A DNA stretch of 64,000 nt from Tubiluchus corallicola (lineage: Eukaryota; Animalia; Priapulida): positions 808,441-872,440 of the forward strand of contig JAQGDQ010000039.1 of the NCBI GenBank assembly GCA_030141605.1, given 5' to 3'. Numbering within the stretch: the first letter of the stretch is position 1; each line of letters begins with the position of its first letter. Below the pieces are notes generated by a model. The model did no database searches and was not told the DNA's origin. It worked only from the letters and a program-made list of their open reading frames with translations. A program made the position numbers and the translations under genes. Of this stretch, positions 48,831-62,227 are shown piece by piece.

Positions 48831-51800
48831 AAACACGATTAATGTATAATTATAATATTAATTTACTAATATAGCAGTTGATAAGGACTCAAGAGGACTC
48901 CATACATCCTGAGTATTTTGTTGCGAATGTTTAACGTTTAGGCACAGTTTTATGCATTTAATGAATAAACTTACACCGGTTAAGCTGACAAAATAGTTGT
49001 AGCAAATCTCGAAAAGCCATTATTCGTTCCATTTCTTCGTCATTTTTTTCATCCGAGAATAAAAATGGAAGTTTTCTCAGTTTCTGAAAGTTGTTGATCG
49101 TGTTCATGATAGTCGTATGTTGTTAATTCTGTTCATGAGTGTCATAAGTTGTTAGCTGTGCTCACGAGTGTCATAAGTTGTTCAGTTTAGTGTTTCATTT
49201 GCTAACTTCTCTCCCTGGCTGTACTCATTCATCTTTCTCAGGTGTCTAGTCTGCACCCCATTCATTTAATTGTACGTTTTTTGCTCTATTTTGTTTTTAT
49301 CATTAATGACTTTTTTCTGTTCGTTTTGTTGTTTGTTGAATTAAAAATCACTCAGGTGATCGGTTGTTTGTGGGTTGGCTAGTCAATTGGTTGCCAGTCA
49401 GCCATTACGATGTATGGTTGGGCTGCTGGCTGACAGTTTGTTGGTTGCATGATAGATAAATTTATTGTTGGTGTTTTTACTTACTTGGTAGATTGGTCAG
49501 TCAATCAGTTGCCCAGTTGAATGGCTGGTTGCTTGTGGTTGCATGATCGGTTAGTTAATTGTTGAATGGTTAGTTGATTAGTAAGTTGGTCAGTGAGTCG
49601 GAAAGTCCATTGGTAGCTTACCAAGTTGGAGGGCCAAATGTCGTTTGGTTGGTCGAGTGGTTAACCTGTTGCTTTGTTCGTTAATCCTTACAATCGTTAC
49701 ACTTTTTTCAGTTGACCGGCTGATAAATCGACAAGTTATTAAATTGGTCAGTTGGGTCTGCCAGTCTGTCTTGAGCCGCGGACATTTGTATACTCATCCA
49801 AACGTGGCTGAAACATCTCTGTCTGTTCAAGCAGCTCAACGTCTTATTTTGACGAATCATGTTTTTGAAAGTGAGATGGTCCTTCCACTATCAACATCAT
49901 AACATGATAAGTAGGCCGTATCTTTGCGTGGCAGATACTGACCAGCAGTGTGCGAAACATCGCAAAACTGCACGCAGAAGTAACTTTGTCGCCATTTTGT
50001 CCATCTTGTCTCAGATAATAGTTGTGCATTACAGACAGTTGATATTCCAAGACCTGTTCTGTTATTGCACTTTTGAATCCACACGTTAGGAACACACTAA
50101 CAATCCAGAGACGTCACCTTTATTAAACAACGAATTGTCTGGGTTTTGCCAAGTTTCTATGGTTATCAGCTGCAAAATATGCAGCAAGAAGTGCGATTTT
50201 TTTTCACAATAGTCAGTGCAATGCTATTAAGTTGCGCGTCATCGTTATTGAACGGACTTTTTTCCGAAAGTCGCCTAAGACGCGATAGTCGCTCAAAAAC
50301 CGGTTTATTAATGTTGTCGTTTTGCATCGGTTTCTGATCTTTGTACTCGGCTTAGACGAGAACATTATAATAATGATTGCATAAAACACCTTTTTCTGTC
50401 AAAGGTGCTGGCTGGAAGGAATGCAGTAGACTGTGTGAGGTAGGACTCTTAAAGATTCATCTGGTATAAATTGTGATAGGCTAATTTGTGTGTCATTAGG
50501 ACTAAAATTGTGCATTTGGTATGACCATCAATAAAAGTAATTTTTAATGCATTGGAAAACTTGCACCAAAGTCATCGATGTCGTCTAGGTGTTGCTACGT
50601 TCTAAAAACATGGCACCTGTAACAGTTGATGTCACGTATTGCTGTCCGCCGCCACTGTCCACGATGCATCATCCCTCAAATCTAGAGTTGTATTTTGCTA
50701 AATCTTTTTGCACCAAAGGATAGAGGACGAAAAACAACTAGACGGTAGGCAAGCGCCAGCAAATCAATTCACAATCAATCGACAGAGGACAAAAATCGTG
50801 TGACAAGAATCAGACAGAAGATCCGCAAGCAGTAATCAAATATTTTACAAAATTTTAAAATAGAAATGTGAAAAGTTTAAAAAAAGCGTCAAATTGCCGC
50901 AAATTTTTTACTTATGGGACCGAGATGAGGTTGTGCCCTCATCCAGTATGTCTACCTTCTTTTTTGGGTGTGGGGTGAAGCAGAGGACTGCAAACAGATC
51001 TTTTTTGCACGTGGTCAAAAAGGTGTCCAATCGTTGAGGCGCTATCTTACCAGAGTTAGGCTTACTAAGTCTTCAAGTTTGTTTTGGCTAGAGTCTGTGC
51101 GCTAACAATTCAAGAGTACGTATTTGAATAGTCATCAAATTTTAGGTGTGATAAAGCGAATTAAACTTACATGGTTTTTATCGTTTTGGGACTGGGGTTC
51201 AAAATACGACGTTTTCAGCGTTCATCAGCGGAGCTTGCGAAGAGACAGCGCAGACAAGTTATACTGCGTAATAGTAATGGCAATAGCGATAGCGATAAGC
51301 AATAGCAATAGCAACGATTGTGCATATTAATACGAGCAGAGGTGAGGAAAGACCAAACCGTCACCCAGTCAGTCAGTCACAAACCACGTGAGTTTGCTCG
51401 ACGTCAGATTTCACTCAAGGTCAAAATTTACAGTCTCTTGAGACCGCAAAAAATTGTCACAGTTAAAAAGGCCTAATACTCGTTAAGAGGGACATCTTAA
51501 GTGTTGATCAACTGCTATCCATTTCTTTTGCTGATTTTTAAGCTACAAACAAGAAGGTCTGCTTACAACCAAGGCTGAATTATCCTTCTACAGGCTAGTA
51601 TAGACTGAAGCCTTGGGCCCTCAAGCTTTGGTAACATTTGGTAAAAAATCTGTAATTCCACATACGGTTGTGCTGAAATATGTGGTAATTTGGTTCGCAA
51701 TAACTAGTAAAATAGTGGTATTTTTTAAAGAATATTTTTATTGACAAACAAAAGATAACTATTTTAGTTTATTTAATGGAATTTGCTATAAGTTTACTTC

Positions 51801-52694
51801 AAGCTATGTAAATGTTGCTAACATATATCACGAGTAAAAGTATTTAAGGCGAATGCCGGCGAGTTAGAGGGTGGTTCCATCTGAGGGGAAGATAATTTCA
51901 TTAGTCGAGGGCCCCAAAAAGGTCACAATCCGGCCCTGCATACAACTACTGCAGCAGAACATATTTCAAACAGATAAATAAGCTCAGCTTAAGAATTTGT
52001 GAAGATGTTTTTTCTAATGCGTCGTGTCTATGGGTGTCTGTCTAAATGCAATTGCAAGAAACAGCACAACACTGTTATTAAGTTTTTTTGAAAAACAAAT
52101 AAATGATGGACGTTAACCTCTTTGGTGGTTCATATTGTCCGTTTCCCACTACGACACCATTTCTAATTATTCAATTATCAAAATGGGTTTATCGCATGTT
52201 TGTTGTGTTTCTGATCACGCAAGCATGTATGCGCGTTGTGTTAGTGATTAATTACTTTGCCGAAAAACTCCTGTCTCCTAGCTGCCCTATAGTAAAAGCA
52301 GTTAATCACGTCGTAGCAACCGGTCTAATACATTTTGCTTAGATGATTATTTGTAGACGTGTAAATGGATATTTTCTTAACTAACAGAAGCTAAAGTATA
52401 CAAAGACACTGCAAAGCACAACGAGTCCCTAGATGAACGTTAACATTCAATCCTACACCTGAACCGAATAAAGAAAAAACTACTTGACTTGTGTATAAAA
52501 ATACTGGCTGTCCCTGAAGACACATTCACTCGGTCTACGCCTACTAAACGTAACAACCGTCTGCATTCGGGGCATAAAACACTACAGGGTTTGCAAAGAA
52601 AAAACTCTGACAAATTATAAGCATACAAACATTTCGCTCCAAATAATTTTGACGCCAAATAAACAAAAAATAGTTAAAGAGGACTAAATAAAAG

Positions 52695-52896
52695 AAATCA
52701 CTGGTTATAAAGCCAATTGGTCACCAGCGGTTATAACGTGTCATCAGATTTTGCGGCTTAATTGGACCCTTCACATGACATATCAGCAGCTAATATGTTA
52801 GTTAGGTTGTTGGGACCATGTGGAGGGTCCAGTTAAGCCACAAAACCCGATGAAGCATGGTAACTGCTACGATCGCTTGTCTTTATGCAGTGATTT
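52695..52896. repeat. ~200 bp imperfect hairpin (MITE-like)
   Basis: AAATCACTG...GCGGCTTAATTGGACCCTTCACATG pairs with CATGTGGAGGGTCCAGTTAAGCCAC...CAGTGATTT. Confidence 0.8.
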
Positions 52897-54952
52897 ATTT
52901 GAATACAAGTAAATAATTATGGAAAGCTTACATTAAATGTTATGAGCTATGGACACTAATTTCTGTAACTTAGAATTAACAATTAACATAACAGTCGTAA
53001 AACTGTGCAAAAAAGCCCTCCAAAAACCAGCGAATATCTCAGAACACGTTCAAGATACAAATATAAAATAAAGGTGGTTGTGAGTACGTGAGGTAATTTG
53101 TGAGCTCTCATGCAGACGCTGCTTTTTCCATGATTTCCGTAATTATTTATTTTCCTTTGCTCAGATTTGAAATTGGATTTCAAACATTTAATAAATGCAG
53201 ATTTTTCCATCCATTTCCCATTCTGGAGTGTAACTTTTGAAAAGTGCGAACCTTTTGAACATTATTCAGGCCTACGTATATGCAGAACAGATTTAAGGGC
53301 CAGTATACATAGATATAAGAGCCAGAATTCCTTGATTAGTCACCGTTATTTATTGTGCCTTCGGCATCGGTTCTCTCAGCATCTATGATTTTCTCAACAA
53401 TAGATTTTTTTCTGAATTTTTCTTGTTTTTATTTTATATATATTGTCGAAATATATTCTTGCCTTTTAAATATTATAAAAAAAACACCTGCATCAACCGA
53501 CACATGTCTGTAATTTGACAGATTTGTCCAAATAGTATAGTGTGTCTTCAAATCTTTGTAATTTACTGCTGCGGGTGTGCGAGTTTTTGCTGAAAAAAAT
53601 GTAGGCCTAACATTGAATTGCTCCTGTTAACTCTAATTAACATGGACTATAGAAATAGGTTCTTATGTAATATTTAATGTATACTTGTATGTTATTGGCA
53701 TACGTTTAATTTACTCCGCGTAATAACTACTTGAAGCAAATGAATGTGTACAATTTATACCATTTATTAACTTGACTAATTATTACTTTTTTGGAAGCCT
53801 GATATATTGTTCACTCAAGTAAAAATCCAAAGTTAGAATTACTTGATTTAGATGCTAACTAGTTTATAGCATAGTACGACATAGCTTAGTTATAACTAGC
53901 TTATACTTTTTGGTACACGTATCTTAGCTGACTCCCGCATCTGCTAGCTACAATATCGCCTGTTAACTGACATGTATCATCGTTCCTTGGTGTTCACTCA
54001 ATGTTAGATGGCTATGGCCAGTATATTGTATGCAGGGGGGTGATATGTACACTTAAACCAGGAGTAGCTGTTGGCCTACAAAACAGTTTTTTACATCAAA
54101 GTATTACTGAAACAATAGGAAATCTATCGTGTCCTCAAAGTTTAGAGTGGAAGCCCCGCGCTTCTCACACAGCCTACAATCTTGATGGAATGATTGGAAC
54201 AGTGACCTGAAAACTCTGGGATTAATTTTTTCAATCAAATTGAACGGCCTGGAAAGTCGCAAGATCTCGAACTCTCCAGACATACTGGAGCGATCCTGAA
54301 AGGTAAGAGGGACACTAAGATGATAAAAAACTTGACATTCGTTAGTACTGATCAGACAAGTGTATGAGATATTTCCAAGATGTGCTGAATGACCTTGAGT
54401 TTGTTCTTCCAGTCACTCAGTTATACTCTTCAAGATTGCAGACTGTAGGAGACGTGTGAGGCTTCCACTCAAAGTAAACGGCGTGACAGATCCTTTTTGT
54501 TTTAGCAAATATTTTAATGTGATCAATTATTCTATACTATTTTGTCTTGTTTTTGTAGACCCCAGTAAAAGATTTTGCACCATAGTGCATTATGTGATCC
54601 CCTGGTATTGGGGACAAGTAAAAATTTTCAGAATTTAATGAAGTCTCCAACCGTACAGTTAATTTAACAGCACTTGTATTTTCGATAATAGAATATTTTA
54701 TTTTGTTTAAAGCTTTAACATTTAATTGATAATTGTTAAATGCAAGTTTTTTCAATTTTACCCTCATCTGCTAACATTATTAGAATTTTCCTTACAGTCA
54801 AAAGTAAAAAATTTTCAAGGTCCAGCAGCTCTAGCCCTGTCCGTTTGTTAAGCTTTGCCTAAATTTTGCTTCTGCTAAAAAACAAAGGATTTGATGTTGT
54901 TTATTATATACAAGTAGTAACAGCTTTACTCCCGCGCTAATGTGTTTGTTAT

Positions 54953-55381
<429 letters not shown>

Positions 55382-56080
55382 TTATATTTGTTTATATCCA
55401 CGAAAATCAGACCACAAGCGTTAGGTAATTGTTCTTATGGAGAAGGGTTACTGGTAGTGATGAATCGTGTTTTCCCTACAGATCACATCGCTGAAAAAGT
55501 TTGAGTTTTGATGGAAACTCTGCATGTACTCCAGCTAGTACGATTTGCAAGTAATAAACTTTGCTAACTGCGTAGGGAATAATGGGAGCAACGAAGATGA
55601 CGCAGCTTAGCATAAATGACAGTTCTTTCATTTCCTTCCTTTTGAGATTTCTGATGGACATCTGCTGTCCCGTTACTCCAAGTTAGCTTAAAGGTTTAGT
55701 TTGTAAATAATTACTCTTCTAGAAGATTTACATGTTTCCCCAGTGTATATACTTAACATTATAAGACCGTGTTTACGTGCTGGCAGGCACCTATGTAAAG
55801 GACTTCAACGTCATTGAGTAGGAAGCTGTTTTTATTCAGGTGCAGTGCGCATGAGTAAACGTCATTTCTACCTGGAATCACAAACTACCTGGAAGCAAAA
55901 ACATTGAAATAGACTTGAAAATTTTAGCATGTGGGCCGAGCCTAAGAGCAAAAGATGATCCCACGCAATGTTCTAGCTAGAATTGTTTGGGATTGAACAT
56001 TTGGTTTCAGAAAATTGCATTAGGCTTATACAACAGAACACGTTGCTACAAGTCTTCTTATCTGCTCTGGAAAGCTATAA

Positions 56081-56879
56081 AGCCTCGTTTCCACTGCGTC
56101 CGCACAGACACAGACTTTTCTGTCCGCACGTTTTACGTCCGCAAAAGTTGTTTCCATTGGGACCGCACTCATTCCGTAAGCCTTAAAATTATCTACTGTA
56201 GCTTTTCTCCTTATTACTAATATGTTGCAGTTGATTATGATTTTGCACGTCCGTATGTTGCAATTTTTACAGCGTGTTTTCTAAGGGAATTTAAATAGTC
56301 TAGTTGAATTCACTTCAAATAAAAAGTGGCTTTTATTATAAAATTAACAGTGTTTTGAAGCTTATTATTTTCTCCCTGTAACAGCGCAACAGAGCAATGC
56401 AATTTTCAGCGCAAAGTCGAAATATTGTGGCAATAGAGAGCATAAATGCATGTATATACTACAAATTTAAAAAATGCATGCACCATAGCATCGCAAAATC
56501 AAGCCTAAATTTTTTGAAACGTTAATTTAATAACAAAACTACATACATTCTACCTTCAGTATTAAGCTGAAAGGCAACTTCGGCCCGCAGCTGTCTTGTA
56601 AAATCTCTGTAGCTGTATTTGGGATTACTTTTGTCATACAAAGCAGGTCTGATCGCCACAGCGTGTACGATCTGTTTGTCCTCCATTATAAAAATGAGCT
56701 TGTCCGTCCGCACAAAAAAGGTTGAACAAGTGCGGATCCGGGCGTATACGTGGCTTTCGGTGCGGAAACGACAGACACGTAAAACAGTGGTATTCAAAGG
56801 CGGGCCCATGTATGAATTTTTTTCGTGTGAGTCATACAGAAAAAGTCTGTGTCTGTGCGGGCGCAGTGGAAACGCTGCT
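56081..56879. mobile_element. Non-autonomous PIF/Harbinger element retaining a MADF/Myb-SANT exon
   Basis: ~45 bp TIRs AGCCTCGTTTCCACTGCGTCCGCACAGACACAGACTTTT and AAAAAGTCTGTGTCTGTGCGGGCGCAGTGGAAACGCTGCT, flanked by TAA and TTA. Minus strand 56686-56554 reads MEDKQIVHAVAIRPALYDKSNPKYSYRDFTRQLRAEVAFQL. Confidence 0.85.
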
Positions 56880-57356
56880 TTACTTGTCCTCAATGTCAGG
56901 GTGGTACAAAATCTTTTTTACTGGGGGCTACAAAAACAAGATAAAATAGCACAGAATAATCGATGAAACAATAAAGAATCTACCACGCCTTCGCGAGATT
57001 TTTGTGTACCATGCGTTGCTACAAGTGGGAAATGACATTAGAGGTGTTATTATGATCAGAAGCCCCGCAGCTTTCACGCACTACGGAAATGTTATGCATT
57101 ATCAATCCTATCCTTACTATACCGATCTTCGCTATTATTGTATTTCCTGACAACCCTTACGTACGTCTGAAAACGTGGGCGTAACTTTATCGGAATTGGC
57201 GCACGGAAGAAACCTCTGAACCTGTCTTGACGATACCTGGGCACGAGATACTTATATATTGAGGGAACATTCAAAAAGGTACCGTACTGACAAAAATAAT
57301 AAGATGTTATATTGACTTGACTTGAGGGACCGAGATGGGTTGTTACTTTGGGGTAA

Positions 57357-57585
<229 letters not shown>

Positions 57586-58499
57586 AGCAGCAGCAGCAGC
57601 ACCATCAAGCAAATATTATCGGAAGGTTATAAATTTTGTAGGTGCCAGTAATAGCAATGTAATGAAAATATTATAGTAATAGCAAAAATAGTGATTTAGT
57701 TGTAAGCTATAAAATTTTTGTTTAAATTTATGCGTCTTTGTATTTTTCGTGCATTGAATTAATACCTCAAACAAAAGAACAGGGTGCTGTTCCATTAGCT
57801 AATAATTAGCATTTCGTGTTTCCCTGTGCACAAGCACAGCCAACATAGGCTTAGGCTTGGCTAAATGAATACGGTTAATTTCTTCCACGACTTGATTAGA
57901 ACTAATATAAATGGTAAATAAAATTATGAAAACCACTGTTAGCGAAAAGCTAAAAGCTGTTTTCAGCTTTATTCATAAAGGACATTTTAAAGGTCAGTTA
58001 CATTTACTGTAACTTCGGTGCAAGAAGTGCAAACTTGACATATGGTCGCGTCGGGAGACTCTCCCTTGCAAGATAATGCAAATATTTTCTTGGGGAATAT
58101 TGCAAAAAGTGCGCAAAGCGTATAAAAACAAGCACCTAGTCATAAATGAATCGAATTGAGCGAGTCATTTAGACTAAAATAAACGAAATTTCGCACGATA
58201 ATCACGTAGCAACGTACACTTACTCCCCCGCCAGCGTTTATGTTTTATTATCAATATTCATAAAGGTCAGGTGGCTTTGGCTCTTTTTAATATCAAAAAC
58301 AATTACCACCAACGATTAGCAAGCAATATGTGTGTTGATAGTCTATTTACAGTAAAGCCATAAAATACAAATAACAGGCTCTTAATTCTAGCCTTTGTTT
58401 ATACATTAATTGGACTATTTTTTCTCGTTTTTTCAGCGTGACGTCATTTTAAATCGAATTGAATTATTGTTCAAGTTCATATATGGAAATACGGCATAT

Positions 58500-61340
58500 A
58501 TGGAAATTTACATCTGTTTTGCGGTAAGTATCCTAACTTTTGCCTAAACAAGCTAGTTGGCTTTATATACATGCCCGTTAAAATATTAGAACTACAATAT
58601 ATGTAATATAATTTATTATTATTATCTATGTAAAATGACGCAAAGTAATAACGTTTTGCGTCATTTTATAAAATGAGTTTTCATATTATAATCACGAGCA
58701 AATTACACCTAGACAATGACATTAAAACTTCATGTTTTTAGCTGCATGAGCATTAACTCTTTTATGATCTGGAAAAAGTTTATATTATGCTTTCTAAAAA
58801 GTGATTGTTATCCTGGTTTTTGAAACAAATAGTATTGTTCTCAAAATAAGCTTCTCCTACACCCTTGGGCCTTGCATACTATTAACTATAACACTGTTTA
58901 TGTTGTATTGTATTGTATTGTATTGTGTTGTGTTGTGTTGTGCTGTGCTGTGCTGTACTGTACTGTACTGTACTGTACTGTACTGTACTGTACTGTACTG
59001 TACTGTATTGTATTGTATTGCATTGCATCGCATCGTATCGCATCGCATGCATTGCGTTGTGTCGTATTGTATTGTGTTATATGGTTATGACAAGGAGGGT
59101 CGTTTTAATTACTCTTATGATTTTTTAGGTTATATCATTTTACATGACATGCTTACTAAGAGAAACATTTAGTTTTTCCATCTACAGAGGAAACCATGAA
59201 AGGTGAGTAATTAATTATTGTAATCTTGTTGTGAAGATTATTATTAACGATGATTAAAACCGTTGCCTAATCTACGTGCACAAGCGCTTTTTCATTGAAA
59301 AGCCTGCTCGTCTATTGCCCAAACGTTCACTACCAAAATGTCCTACTTCCCAAGCATCCACTGCCCAAGTGTCCACTACCCAAATGTCCACTTTCCAAAT
59401 TTCCACTGCTAAAATGTCCACTGCCCAAATGTCCACTGCCGAATGTCCACTACAAAAAATTCCACCTGTTCAAGTGTGTCTACGCTAATTTCAGCAGATG
59501 TGATAGAACATATCATGCAGCAGCAAACTATTAGACCGCACAAGTTTATCATAAACCATACAAAATGTAGCTACCTATGTGCATAAGTGCTCTTTCATTG
59601 AAAAATCTTTTTGTAATCAATGCATTGACTACATTGTTTATCACGGATCATGCATTGACTCACCAATAAAAATGAAGTAAAAACTCACAATTAATTAGTT
59701 TTTGATACCAAACTTGAAAGACAGGAAATGTGAAGAAGTTGGTAATACCGAATTTGGTTGCCAGCTATAAGGGATGAACTTTGGATTGCCTTAATCACTG
59801 GTGGATACTGTGGTTTAGTGGTCTAAGGCGTCTGCCTTGTAAGCAGAAGATCTCTGGTTAGAATCCATACTGTATTATAACTTTCCCGTTTCTTGTCTTT
59901 CGAGTTTTGTATCAACTTTTAATTAATAGTAATAATGAATTATCCGCTTTTACTTTATTTTTATTAGTGAGTCTATGCATGTCCTTGATCTACATAAATA
60001 GGTACTTATTACAACAGTTATTGGTTCTTAAATGAAAGAGCGTTTATGCACATTAGGCGACGGTAGCCATACTTTGTGGGTTTTGTGTTAAACCTAAACC
60101 GTGTGCAGTCTAATAGTTTGCTGCTGCACGACTTGTTCTACCGCATCTGCTGCAATGGGCAGTGGACACACGGACAGGTGGAAATCCAGTAGTGGACACT
60201 CGGGCAGTGGATATTTGGAAACTGGCCATTTGGGTAGTGGACACTAGGGCAGTGGATGCTTGAGCAGTAGGACATTTTGGATGTGAACACTTGGACAATG
60301 GCCAAATTGGGCAGTGGACGCTTAGTTATGTACTTTAGGTAGCAAAACATGTAGGCATTATGTCTACTTATTCATCCATCATTCTGACCTTTCATCTGCC
60401 AGCCACTCTCTTCGTATATTTGTCTGTCTGCCTCTATGTCTGTATGCCTATAATATATTTGTCTATTTATCTGTCTACCTATATACGTCTATCTTGTTTA
60501 CTGCTGCTTGTCTACCTGCCTGCTTGCCAACTACTTATTTGTCTGCCAACTCATCTATTTACCACACAATTAGTTGCCAGTCTAGTTTTCTGTCCATCTG
60601 CACTTCCTGACACGTTTATATGGAGCTTTTTAACTGTGTATTTTTTAGTTGCCTGCCTGTCTGTCTGTCTGGCCGCCTACCTACCTACCTACTTGACTAC
60701 CTACTTACCTACACTAACCTAACTATCTACCTAACTAGCTACTTACCTACCTACATAATCTGGCGGTGGTCATAAGCGCCTATTAATCTGTCTTTGAAAT
60801 AAGATGTTTTGGCGTTCGTTTTCACAATTTCCACTTCAAAAATTGATTAAATACCTCATGATATCGTGTTCATATCCAAACTTTGCTCCAACTTTTTCAT
60901 ATTTCATGTATAAAGCCATTTTAATTGTAGATTAACAGCGCATCGCTTCGGATGCTGTTTTTACGATGCTAGTGTCACTGTTGTGACTTTTTTGCAGGAT
61001 ACTACAAGAACGGGACAAATCAATAGACCTGGAGTGCTGTCCCTCGTTGACTAACATTATAGAACCTTATGGAGGCATCTCTAGAGAGGAACACTTACTG
61101 GAGTTGTATCGGGATGTCAACTCTACGCAAAGATTCTATCAGACGTCATGCCGTCCCGAAGTAAAGAATAAGCCGTGTCATTTCGTCACTCACAGTTTAC
61201 GCCCATTGTCCAGATGCAAGCAGTTGTATTCATATCAATACGCCATCGTCCGCGATTACCTAGTCAATGAACCGTTTCGAGTGGACTATATTCGAGTTAA
61301 ATCAGGGTGTACATGTCAAATAACAAACGATTTGTTTTAA
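58500..61340 (+). CDS. Secreted cystine-knot protein (Spaetzle/NGF-like fold; resembles the U-scoloptoxin(11)-like family), 146 aa
   Basis: Coding exons 58500-58523, 59129-59202 and 60998-61340 (441 nt, in phase). Signal-peptide-like MEIYICFAVISFYMTCLLRETFS, then ECCPS..EPYGG..LELYRD..QRFYQTSC..KPC..SRCKQLYSYQYAIV..DYIRVKSGCTC. The last exon is secure; the first two are inferred from splice sites and frame. Confidence 0.82.
58900..59075. repeat. (GTATT/GTGTT/GTACT)n pentanucleotide microsatellite
   Basis: Directly visible. Confidence 0.95.
59309..60320. mobile_element. ~1 kb foldback element with 15 bp subterminal tandem repeats
   Basis: The left arm (59309 to about 59750) is an imperfect inverted repeat of the right arm (about 59870-60320): AAATGTCCACTGCCC arrays versus GGGCAGTGGACAC arrays, and TGCAGCAGCAAACTATTAGAC versus GTCTAATAGTTTGCTGCTGCA. 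Confidence 0.85.
59804..59877 (+). pseudogene. tRNA-Thr(TGT)-like cloverleaf, probably a pseudogene or SINE head
   Basis: Acceptor GATACTG/CTGTATT (1 mismatch), D arm GTTT-AGTGGTCTA-AGGC, perfect anticodon arm TCTGC-CTTGTAA-GCAGA, T arm TCTGG-TTAGAAT-CCATA (C56 changed to A, 1 mismatch). Confidence 0.75.
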
Positions 61341-62227
61341 AGTCAAATGAAGGCAGTCCCTCACAAAAGTAAGATGTTTTTAAAATATCTTTACTTTATT
61401 TAACTTTACAGCAATTATTGAACTGTTTACATATTTATGATGCGAAGATGTATATGAAACAACTTCAGGCGGAACCTTCTTTGTTTTCTCAGTACTATTG
61501 CAGTAATCAGTAATAGATTTTTTGGGTCTACATGGCTATGTCGTAATCAGTTTGGCATGGTATACTGTTCAAAGTTGCCATCTATCAATAAAGTAGAGGA
61601 GGCCCCATACTGTGTTAGTGCCCTTTTAATGTAAGTGCTCACTCGATATTCGCATATTATAATTATGTTTCCATGTTTTCACATTTTAACAAAAAAAAGG
61701 ACATACTGTATTTTCACGAATCTTTCTTTTACAAATGTAAATCCCATTACGCCGTATAAGCAAAGAATGAGTGGAGCTGTATCAGGTGAAGCTCTGTAAA
61801 GATCTTTCAAAATTCGGTGAAATTGTGCATGAAGATTTGAGCAGCTGAGCAAAGACGTAGGCAGCGTGAGAAGACATGTTATGTGAGGATGTGCTGAGTT
61901 TGTGAGGATTTGTTGAAGTCGCGGGAATTTGTTAAAAGACAGGTGGAACTTTGTGAAGTATGTAAGACGCGCGGGAGAATTGTGTGCAGGTACCTAAATT
62001 GTGGAAGTAAGTGAAGATTTGCAAAAGTGACTTTTTACTAGCTACTGCACTTGATTCACACACCTCCACCTCCTGCAAACACGTTCAGCATTGGCGCTAG
62101 ACTGTACATAGAGACTGAAACTTTGTGATACATCCTAGTATTAACATGTCTAGACCTAAGTAATTTTAATCTTAAAAGAACTGTACAAATCACAGGCATA
62201 CTTCGAGCGTCAATTTAAACTACACTT

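Noticed and set aside
49370-49760. Degenerate GGTT/AGTT tract, with a complementary-type CTAC/CTGT tract at 60400-60755
   Set aside because: Eroded simple repeats; no specific pairing or coding signal could be shown.
59804-59877. Functional tRNA-Thr gene
   Set aside because: T-loop C56 is changed, the acceptor and T stems have mismatches, the Thr acceptor identity pairs are missing, and it is embedded in a repeat. Kept only as tRNA-like.
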